Assembly: GCA_028534125.1 (NCBI GenBank)
Contig: CM052818.1
Location: 34,102,001 to 34,166,000, forward strand
DNA length: 64,000 nt
DNA from: Lama glama
Taxonomy: Eukaryota
Direction of reading: 5' to 3'
Part shown: one piece after another, positions 51,381-61,896 of the stretch
Layout: each line of letters starts with the position of its first letter
How positions within the stretch are numbered: the first letter of the stretch is position 1
Translations under genes and position numbers: made by a program
The notes under the pieces: model-generated
The model's input: the letters and a program-made list of their open reading frames with translations, nothing else
Told to the model about the DNA's origin: nothing
The model's database searches: none

Positions 51381-53046
51381 ACCAAGAGGGTCTGCAGGCA
51401 CAAATCCGAATAGCTGCTCAGAGGCTCAGCTGGCACCTGCTAGGCTGTGCTTCCCCCATGGCCCCAGCCCAAGTGTATATAATGGAACCTCACCAAATGC
51501 ACAGTTAACTGCAAACAGTTTTTGAAGAAAAGTCGAGAAATCTTGTTTTTTCCTTGTCTTCCTCCTTTTAAAAATAGACCTTGTCCTTTATTGTCCAGGG
51601 AAAAGGAGGCCAGACAGGGCCAAGAAGCCAAGAGAAACAAAAATTATTGTCTTGGGAGTTTCTAAGGACTCAGGAACTGACAGTTCTAGAGATTTCCAAG
51701 AGTAATTTTCACTGCACTTGAGTATCCTCTTACACAATGTTTCTGAGCCACTGCCCTGTAATCTGACCCTTGCGCTAACCACTGGACCGTTTAAATGCCT
51801 GCCTCCTTCGTCAACAAGCACCTCAAAGCCAGGAGTGGTGTTTCCAGGCTGGTGACAGGCAAGGTATTCAGCAAATTTGTTGAATGAGTGAGTGACACCT
51901 CCTTACTTTCTCTCCTCTTTCTGAATTGTCTTTTATCACCTTCTGGCCTGGACCTCCCCTCCCCTCCTCAGTTTTAGGACTCAGCTTGGGCACCATCTCC
52001 TCCATGAAATGTTCTCTGAACCCCTGTGCAGGGAGACACGGCCCTCCTCTGTGTTTCTATAGCACCCTGAGCAAACTCAACCACGGTGTTGATCACGTTC
52101 TCTTGAAATCACTTTTGTGTCTCTCTTCCACCTGACTGGGAGCTCCTCAATGGCCAGGCTGTTTCATTCACTTTTGGGTTTCAGACCAATTGTCAGTGAG
52201 CAACAATCACAGAGACTGGAGTTAGGAGGGTGCTTCCCAGTTTCCTGGGAACTCACCTAAGGTAACCTGAGCAGGCACGGCAGGAGTGGATGGACACCAA
52301 ACTTGATTAAGGAGGCAGATGGGTAGGGTTAAGGAAATTGCATTGTATTTGGATGAGTAGTTAGGGACTCTGAGAACTAGAAAAGAACTGCCCCTCTCCT
52401 CAAGGAGTCTCTCCTGCTGTGGAGACCAACATACAGAACAGTATAACCGGATGCCCGAAAGTGTGGTGAAAACATCAAGTGCTACAGGAAGCCAGGAGGG
52501 AGAGGGCACGTGCAGGCAAGGAATGGATTTGGCCCCAGCATGAATGGTCAGACTCTGCCAGGCCTTCAGGGGCCTGCATAGGCCTGCTGGGACCTGCGTG
52601 CAGAGGGGATAAGCTATTCTGGATACTGGCCTTCCACAGGCTTAGGGGCTCATTTCTCCAGGAAGCCTTGGGGGCTGTTCTGGCCCTAGGCCCCGGGGGC
52701 ACAGAGCCTGGGCTGGTCAGGGGTGGTTCTGGGAGGTATAGGGTGGTCTTAGGTTGGTCCTGGGAGTTTCTGAGCCACTTTAGGGATTTTATTCCTGTTT
52801 ACTGTGTATGAGTTTCAAGGGTTGATTATTGAAGAAAAGCAGAAGCACTGGTCATAATCCAAACTAGTCCTCCAGTCTTTGACTGAAATCCTGTGAGCTT
52901 CAAGGGTGTTCCAGCCTGAGGGCAGCCTTCCTGGGGTTCCACAGCACTGCACAGGCTGAGGGTTCAGGCCTGCTCCATGCGCCCCACCATGGTTCTTCAC
53001 AGGGAGAATAAGTCCGATTCTCCTGCAGAGACTTTCCAGAAGTGCA

Positions 53047-53260
53047 CGTGTGTGTGTGTGTGTGTGTGCGTGCATGCGTGTGACTATTTCTATATAAGTA
53101 ACTACATTATTATAGTGTATATACAATTATATATATACATTATATAAATATATACTAATATGTTTATATATAATATGGTACATATACATATACAGTATAT
53201 ATAAATGTATATAACATACTATACATTATATACCAATATACTTATATATAATATACAATA
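53047..53260. repeat. (TG)n microsatellite and TA-rich low-complexity tract
   Basis: gtgtgtgtgtgtgtgtgtgtg then degenerate (TA)n. Confidence 0.85.
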
Positions 53261-53261
53261 T

Positions 53262-53577
53262 AGCTAGGTCTCAATATCCATGGGGGTTTGGTTCCAGGCC
53301 CCTTGTGGATACCAAAATCTGCAGATGTTCAAGGCCCTTATGTAAAATGGTGTAGTATTTGCATATACAACTTATGCACATCCTCCAGTATACTTTAAAT
53401 CATTTCTAGATTACTTATAATACCTAATACAATGTAAATGCTATGTAAGTAGTTGCTGGTTCATGGCAAATTCAAGTTTTACTTTTTGGAACTTTCTGGA
53501 ATTTTTTTTGAAATGTTTTCCATCTGTGTTTGGTTGAATCCGTGAACGTGGAACCTGCAAATATGGAGGGCTGACTG
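53262..53577 (+). mobile_element. MER2-like (TcMar-Tigger) element
   Basis: tatccatgggggtttggttccaggccccttgtggataccaaaatctgcagatg...atggagggctgactg followed by TA, in TA-rich context. Confidence 0.8.
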
Positions 53578-55589
53578 TATAATATATGTAGTGTATTACA
53601 TATATAGTTATACACATATATATTTTATATCTACATAATTTAAAAGACACTCCAGGTGATTCTGGTGCACAGCCAGGTGTTAGAACCACAGTCGTCGTCT
53701 GATGCATGTCCTTGGCTGGGATTGCCTGGCCTGCATTGCAATGGTACAGGCTGGGAATATTGGGATGTTTTGCCCCTCCCTGGGAGGACAGTGTTAGCCA
53801 TCTTCCTCCATGGTACATAGGAAGAATCTCCAGCTTCCCTTCTAGAACACAACTAAAGACTTTGCTATCAGGCTCTAAGAGTCACTAAGAGCTACACAGG
53901 TCCTTAAAAAGGCCTATGTCTTCCCAGCTTGGCTAGAAATTCTTGGCTCTGTCCATGCCTAATGATGGAAGGGCATTGTCCACACCTTTGATCAGTCTGA
54001 ATCTAGGGTCCCCAAAGTAGAACAATGCCTATAAGAAGGAAGTTGGAAAAAATGGCTCCTTCCAGGGCCCAACCACCGATCATGCTTTTTACAACCTGTG
54101 TGGCTTTTGGGGAAGTGGGTGGGGGTCAGATGGAGTTGGGTGGGAGGGTGAGATGGGTGTGGGTGGGCAGCTGATACAAGGATCAGAGTCTTGACTCCCC
54201 TCAGAACCGGCTCTGGTTTCTTTCAGGTGATGCTACTCTCTGGCCCCCCTGGGGTCCATTTTGGCTCAGGAGGACTCATCCAAGGCACTCAGGGGTCTCT
54301 GCAAGGATTCTCACGCTTTCCAGAGGGTCATGAAGAAACAAGCCTCCTAGTTCCCTTATCCCTCATGATGGGGAGGGCAGGATGCCCTTGTATTAATTTT
54401 TCTTCGGATTTGGCCCCAGAAATACAACTAAATTATGGCCAGCAGGTGGCACCTAGGTCCTGAGCAAAGACTCCTTTAAAAGTTCCTCCCATTCCCAAAT
54501 CCCCCTCTCCCTAGCTCAATTTTGAAAAAGGAGAGTCCTTAACTTTGATCTGGTCTTCCAAAGAGGAAGCCGGGTTTGGTCAAAACATGATGGTGTCAGG
54601 GCAGGGACTTGAGTGGAGTGCTTAGTCCTGATCTGGATGTCCTCTAAGAGCTGGACCAGCTGGAGTGGCCAGGACACTGGGTCTGCTCTAAGATTCTGGA
54701 CTCGACTCAACCAGCTTCCCAATTCCCAAAAGCCATAAGTGAAACTCATCAATGGGTCCAACTTCTGATGATCTTGTGTACTGGTGGTTGATTCAGGCCT
54801 AGACTCAAACCAGACCAGCTTCCAGGGATGGAGGAATACAAAGCATCTGCCCAAGCATCTGGCCCTAAGTGGACCAGTTGCCTCCAATTACAGCAGAAAT
54901 AATATCTGAGAAAACTCTTGAAGTTAACACATCTGTTACCAAGGGCTGCTTCACCTCCCCTGAGAGAATGGTAGGCAACCACCCAGAGTGGGCAGGCTCT
55001 GTTCCAAGGGCTACAACAGCAGGGTCTTCCAAACCCACCCCTGTGTTTCTGCCATGGCCTTTGGCACATGGTGACTGTCAGGAGAAACAGCCCCTGATTG
55101 GTGGTGGCATGTCACCTTCCAGGTCATCTGGAAACTCCAAATGAGGATCAGACTGAGGACGTGGCCTTGGGAAAAGCCTACTCTGCAGGGTCTTGACTCC
55201 TGCTATCAGGTCTGGAGTCAAAGGAAAGAAAAGCTGAGGAGGTTTAATCTGGTGATTTTGCTAAATCATTTCCTAAGCGAGGACCGTAAGATTCACGGTG
55301 CATCCTTGGTAATGGGAAAGGCAGTTACAGCTCTCATCAGGAGAGGTGGAGCTGCTGGTCATTCTGTTGCCTGAGGCCTTGAATATGGTCATCAAGACCA
55401 AATCTCAACATCCCATGGCTGCAAAGAGTTTCTAGAGACCATCCGGCTCCTTCCCAGATACCTAGGACTGCCTTAGAGACAGGCATTTATATCCTAAATC
55501 ATAAATAGGTCTGCATAACTCTGAAAGCTCACTCTCTAATATTTAATAACCTTATCACTGGCCTAAATCTAAAATCTAATTTTGTTTAA

Positions 55590-55681
55590 AAAAATCTTTA
55601 GTTGATAGAGGTACTGGGAACTGAACCCACAACCTTGTGCATGCTAAGCACATGCTCTACCACTGAGCTATACCTTCCCCC
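55590..55681 (-). mobile_element. tRNA-Ala-derived SINE (camelid vic-1-like)
   Basis: GGGGGAAGGTATAGCTCAGTGGTAGAGCATGTGCTTAGCATGCACAAGGTTGTGGGTTCAGTTCCCAGTACC; A and B boxes. Confidence 0.8.
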
Positions 55682-55694
55682 TAAGATATCCTGT

Positions 55695-55827
55695 TCTTTT
55701 TTGTTTGTTTTTTTTTGGGGGGTGGGGGGAGTAATTAGGCTTATTTATTTTAATGGAGATACTGGGGATTGAACCCAGGACTTCATGCATGCCAATCACA
55801 CACTCTACCACTGAGCTACACCCTCCC
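55695..55827 (-). mobile_element. tRNA-Ala-derived SINE (camelid vic-1-like)
   Basis: GGGAGGGTGTAGCTCAGTGGTAGAG...CCTGGGTTCAATCCCCAGTATCTCCATTAAAATAAATAAGCCTAATTACTCCCC plus A-rich tail. Confidence 0.82.
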
Positions 55828-56059
55828 TTAATTTTGGCTTTTTGTTTTTAACTTTTCAGTGGAAATTTATCTTCCACAAATATATCTTGAAGATAATTCA
55901 GGGGCCCCCAGTCTTCTCTAATTCTTTGGTCCGTAGAAGAACCCCCTGCAGTTCCCAGGTCTCTACCCTCTGTCCTCCACAGCTGTGAGGGACACCCAGG
56001 TCTTTCTGTCCTGCAGTGGGTGGTGGGTGTGCCTCCAGCAGGCTCCAAAAAGGTGCTGC

Positions 56060-56285
56060 TTTAAGAATACTAGATCTCCAGTCAGACAACTTAGGTTCAA
56101 ATCCTGGCTATAACGTTTTCTAGCTGTTTGACTTTGGGCCTCAGTTTCCTCATCCATAAAATGGGGACAGTAACAGTCCCCACTTTATAGAGCTTGTTAG
56201 GAGGACTGAGTGAGTCATGTATATAAAGTGTTGAGCATGGCCTGGCACATGGTACGTATTCAGTAAGTGTTATCAGCGTTACTGG
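56060..56285. repeat. MIR SINE (near full length)
   Basis: ggttcaaatcctggct...gcctcagtttcctcatccataaaatggggacagtaacag...cctggcacatggt. Confidence 0.8.
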
Positions 56286-59200
56286 GGCACAGAGTGAGAA
56301 TCCAAGGCACCTGTTTGAGAAGCAGGCACCCAACACACATCCAGCTTCAGGCCTCTGGGACCATGAACGCCAGTCTAGGAGGGAGGCAGACTATAGAACT
56401 GTGTTTTTCTCTGCCCCTTCTGCCTGGGGACAGCCATCTGAGCTTCCTGAAGCTGGGCCTCTGACCACGATCCCTTCTCAACTCCAGATTTCCCATATGT
56501 TCTGCTCTGTAGATGCCATCTTACCGGCCAAGGAAACTGGAACAGATGCCGTGGGATCAGGAGAGAGAGAGCGCTGAGGAGCTTGCTGAAACGTTTTCTG
56601 CTCCTGACGTGGGGCTATGCCCATTGTCACTGGGCTACCCCTTCCTGCCCTGGCCCAGGGGGGCTGAAGTCACCTGTTTGGAAAATCTGCAAAATTGCTA
56701 CCTCTTGCCCCCTGGGTCACACATCCAGGTTATTCTAGGGTTGCGTGGAGGCAATGTGTGCAGGCTGGGATGAAGGGTTCTGAGGGCCTGGAGGAGCTCT
56801 GCTGGCGGGTCACAAAGCCCTGGCAGACCCAGCCAATCACCTTCTTCTCATGGCTGAGCAAGGCCCTGACTCACAGGGAGGCTCAGCCTCCCAAAGCTGA
56901 ATTAGCCAAATGTAGAGATGGGGCACGTAGGGTAGTTCCGGGGCTGGTGGGCAACCAGCAGGTGCCCGTTCCAGCAGATCCAGGACAGGGTCTGGAAGGT
57001 ATAGATTCAGGTAGAGACTGGAGCTTCTCCAGGATTCTGCTCTCACATTTTTAGGTCATGATGTTCTTCCCTAAGATTCTGAACACTGCTGAGCTCCTGG
57101 CCACTGGAGTCTTAAACGTGTCCTGCTGAACAATGATCTGAGCTCTTAAAGAGGCTTTCCCCAGCCAGCTGTGGACAGTGCTGCCATGCCCCTTGTAGCT
57201 ACTTTCCAGAGGAAAAAGTCCTTTGGGAAGGTCTGGCCAGATTGCTCTATGTGACCATAATTCAAAGGGTTAATGGAAACCTGGGATGGGAGTAAAAGGA
57301 ACTCCTCACTTGCTAAAATTAATACACTTTTAGTAGGGTCCTTCTCCGTGGGCATAGAAGGGTAAACCCTTCTTTCTAAAGGTTCTCACTGGAGATCATT
57401 AAGTTCCTCCAGCATCTACTTTTTAAGTCAACAAACTTTCATGCTGGGAGCCTCCCATCAAACCCAGGCTACCAGCAGCAGAATTCTGGAAGCTGTGCAG
57501 TGTGGTTCAGGGAGGTTTCACCGTAGAAGATGCGGCTTGGCTGCAGGCTCTGCCACTTACTGCCTGTGAGACTGAGCAAGTAGTTTGACACACTCAAGCC
57601 TCAGTTATCATGTCTGAAGAATCAGAATGATGATACTACTGAGCATGAGGTGGTTGTGGGGTTGATGAGGGATCCCGTCTGTGGGAACCAGAGACTTATC
57701 ATCACTCTGCCTTTGGGGGCTGAGCCACTTTTAAGGCAGGCAGAGAATGATTGTCACATTTGATTCAGTTCTTCCCAGCACCTAGGACCAGCTCCCCACA
57801 GCCCTCCCATCAGGGTCCTGAGGAGGGAGAGAGCAGGGACAGGTGTGGCTTCTGGCTGTGGCTCCTGTGTTGAGCTATGTTGTCTGTTTCTCTCTTTAAT
57901 TAGGATGGGCTCAGGGCCCTGGAGAACAGTTGCTCAATAAATGTTGCTGAATGAATGAATGAATGAATGGGAGAGGCTGAACTGCAATGTGGGGTTTCGG
58001 GTGGGCTCAGAGAGGATGGTTTTCTGGCCACATTTCCTGTCTGCTGACCTGCAGGAGAAGGGAGGAGAGTAGAAGGCTGGCTGCACCTGCTGGCCACACA
58101 CAACCAGATGCAGTGGGAAGCCTCTGGATGTTCAGCAAGAGATTTTAAAAGACCTCTTCCTCTGATACAAAGAAAGAGAAACATATACATAACATGGTGC
58201 TGCTGGGTTCCTCAGGGCAGGGCTTTAGGATGGTCCTGAGAATGGAACTTTCTACCTGATGGGAGGATCCTCAGTCAGGACTGGCTCTCTGTCTAGTTCC
58301 ATGCACACCTCTTGGGAAGGGGAGCCCCTCTGCCCCTGGCCTCCTGGAGGCGTGGGGGGGGGGTTGCTGGCCCACCCGCAGCTAGCCTGAAGATAGAGAG
58401 GGAAGGGGGCTGCAGCGACATGTTGGCAAGAACACTGCTGTCTGCAGCCCTAGTGGGCCTGCTGTTTCCTTGCTGATTTTTCATGCTTCAAAAGTCGGTC
58501 TGGTCTTGAGGGGCACATACAAACCACATCACTTTATCTTCCTTTCAAATGATGTTTCTTCAGACTGTGTGGCTGACAGCTGTTGTCGGGCCAAGGGACA
58601 CGTTCTCCCCTCCTCTGAGACTGGATTCTATGAATCGTTCAGCCTATTTTCCCTTGACCCCAAGCCCAGCCCTTCTCTGCTCTTAGAGCTCCTCCCTCCA
58701 CCCACCACAGCCAGTCCACCAGTTTTATTTCCTTCTCTTTTTGACAGACTGCTCATTTAATCCTCTAACCTTTCCACCAGAAAGTCTACTCGATGAGGTC
58801 TAGAACAAATCTGCCCAGGTTCGGCGCTTGAGTCTCTGTCCTCTCATGCAGACTACCATCCTTCACACCCCCTAGACTCTATCCCACCTGCCCACCCTGC
58901 CAGAGACGGTCGCTCCCCTGCAGTGGGGCCATGTCTAGGACAGGTACCAGCAAGCCTGCTTACCTTCAAATAGCTTCCCTCCTCGTCTACCTCAAATTCC
59001 CACCATGAACACCAGTCTTGTGGATTATAGCATTTGTCTCCAAAAAGCCTTAGTTATTATCTCAATTTTGAGTATGAGGAAATGAAGACTCTGGGTTCAA
59101 GTGACCTGCTCTCAAGCTCAGGCTCAAGATCAACCACTGGCAAGGCCAGAGCATGAACCCAGGCCATCTGCACCCAAACCCTATGCTCTTTCCATTCCAA

Positions 59201-60378
59201 TTCCACCACACTGTGGCAGGAAGAGCAATTTGACTTTGCACAGCTTGAATGCAGGATTTAGGCCCCCGAGCATTAGGAGAAGGGAAAAGAAATTTCAAAG
59301 GTTTTCTTCCATATATTTCCCTTTCTAAGCGAGTGCAACATTGCTCTAATCTTACTCACCAAGCGTTTACTGACCACTGCCATATGTGTGAAGCGCTTCA
59401 CAAGGCACCATGCCCACCCGGGATCATTGTAAGTCATGAGTTTTGTCCTTAAGGAGTCTTTGGTTGAAGAAGCAAGAGTAATTTATAAAACAACAAGAGA
59501 TCCCACAGGACAGAATATATGAAGTACTAAAGAGTGAAAGTATATTTGGCTTTTAAGTGCTCCAGGAGAGTACAAAGGACAAGCAGGGCTCAGAAGTTAG
59601 ACGGTTTCTGGGGAACATGGCACCTAATTTAGGCCTTTAAAGATGACAGGATGTCAGAAAGCAGTGAAGAGAAACAGAAAATTTGGGACATGGGAAACAT
59701 GTTTATTATTATTTTTATTTGAAAAATGAGCATGAGACCAATGATTCAATCTTAGAGGAATGATAGAGGATGCAATCAAGAGAGGAAATGGGAGAGGTAG
59801 GTGGTGTCCCAGGAGCCAAGGGAGGGATCAGTTTCAAGGAGGAGGTTACCTGCCTTGCTTAATGAAGTTACCAGACCTTGGATGGAGAAATGGCCATTAG
59901 ATTGTGCAAGAAGAAATGATGAAACTCTGAGTCATTTTGTTGGAGTCTGAGGACAGAAGCTAGACCTGCAGACAATTATGGACCCAGATCATTTGCCCAA
60001 AAGGATGCTGAGGAGGGAAATCAGGGGTTTGTCACCAAGGCCATTTGTGTCGGCTGTAGCATTGTAGGTGGACTAGAGTGACTGCTTGCAAGGTGAAGAA
60101 CATGTTGCTTCTTTCAGTAAAATTTGGAAAATCTGTGTCCTGTCCTTAAGTTCTAGATCTTATCTGTCTAAGGAGGCTCAGGACTGCAACCTCATGGTCT
60201 TTCTAAAGCTTTTTACAGCACTGTGTAATGAATAAAAAGAATGGAAAAAAATTTAATATAATAAGGTATTAACTAAGTTGAATGTTTGGAAAATGTTTTA
60301 AATATTAATTTACTGTTGTGTTTAACTGTGGTTAATCAGAACCCCTTTTGAAAATTACTCTATTAAGGCAGGACCAGT

Positions 60379-60525
60379 GGAGTGAGTAGAGCTCAGTGGT
60401 AGAGTATGTGCTTAGCATGCACAAGGTCCTGGGTTCAATCCCTAGTAACTCCATTAAAAAATAAATTTAAAATAAGTAAATAAGTAAGTCTAATTATCCC
60501 CTGTAAATAAATAAATACAAAAGAA
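60379..60525 (+). mobile_element. tRNA-Ala-derived SINE (camelid vic-1-like)
   Basis: AGAGCTCAGTGGTAGAGTATGTGCTTAGCATGCACAAGGTCCTGGGTTCAATCCCTAGTAACTCCATTAAAAAATAAA...CTAATTATCCCC plus A-rich tail. Confidence 0.82.
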
Positions 60526-60604
60526 ACGGCCACTTGAGAAAAATTTTTTAAAGGTAGGGTAGAACAAACAAAATGTGTTACTAAGGACTTTTCAGAACCT
60601 CAGA

Positions 60605-61050
60605 TTCACTTACTTGCTTATCACCATTTATGGAGTGTGTGTTCCAGGCACTGAGCTAGGCATGGGGCCTATAGAAGGAATGGGACACAGTCTGGGCCCT
60701 TGAGGAGCTCACGACTAGGGTGGGTGCTAGACAGGTGAACAAAATAACCAAAGGGTGACACATCACGCTACAACCCCCAGATGCAGGAAGGGCTGCTGCT
60801 GGAGAGACTCTGCTTTCTGGGTCAGGGAAGGCTTGTGGAGGAAGCAGAGTTGGAGGTGGGTCTTGAAGAAGTTCATCAAGCAAATAAAAGTCAAGAGGAT
60901 AGAGGAATGGACCAGGAGGATGGAGAGAATTGCACACAGTTCACCCCAGAACGCATGCTGGGAGCAGAAGGAGATATGGTTAAAGGTAGACGGAAGCTAC
61001 AACCAAGAGCTCTGTAAGGCGGTTAGGAGTTACTCCATCCTGGGGAGAAC
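60605..61050. repeat. L2 fragment
   Basis: ttcacttacttgc...tgtgttccaggcactgagctagg...gcccttgaggagctcac...tcagggaaggcttgtggagg. Confidence 0.6.
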
Positions 61051-61274
61051 TCACCAAGGGATTTTTTTTCCCCATGTATATAATATATTTGTAACAACAC
61101 TACAGTTAAAATAGCTGAGCATAATTTCCAAATAAAAATCACAGCAGATGAAATTACAGTGCTCAGAAAATGCATTAAATTTATAACTCTTGAAGCTTTA
61201 GTTTATATTATCTTTTCTGGTAAAAACTGAGGAGATTCCTGAGTGCTGCTTGCAGGAATCAGTGCCCCTTCAAA

Positions 61275-61895
61275 TTTTTGTAAACTCTTTACTTTGAAAC
61301 AATTTTAGACCCACAGTTGCAAAATAGGCCAAACAATTCCTGTGTATCTTCATCCAGCTTCCCCAATAATATCTTACATAAGAATTCTTAAGGCCAGGAA
61401 ATTGATGTTGGTACATTATTAACTAAGCTACAGATCTTGTATGGATTTCGTCAGTTTTTACATGCACTCTTGTTGTTGTTGTACAGTCTATGAAGTTTTA
61501 TCACACATGTAGATTCATGTAATCACCACCCTACTAGGATACAGACTGTTCTATAACCTCATGCTACTCCTTTATAGCTATGCCCTCCCCACACTCTAAC
61601 TTGGCAACCACAGATATATTTTCCATCAGTATAATTTTGTAATTTTAAGAATGTTATAGAAATGGAATTATGCAGTAACCTTTTGAGATTGGCTTTTTTT
61701 TTTTCTTCCAGCATAACATCTTTGAGTACCATCCAAGTTGTTGCATGGATTTAACAGTTCTTTTTTATTGCTGAGTAATAGTCCAAACAATGGTGCAAGT
61801 GTGGATATACCACAGTTTATCCATTCACCCATTGAAGGACATCTGGGTTGTTTCCAGTTTCAGGCGATTATAAAAAAAAGCCTATGAGAACATTC
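61275..61895 (-). mobile_element. Old L1 3'UTR fragment
   Basis: ctttactttgaaacaattttagacccacagttgcaaaa...tttatccattcacccattgaaggacatctgggttgtttccagttt. Confidence 0.8.
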
Positions 61896-61896
61896 C

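Noticed and set aside
55590..60525. Additional tRNA genes
   Set aside because: Acceptor stems are broken and A-rich tails follow, so these are SINEs.
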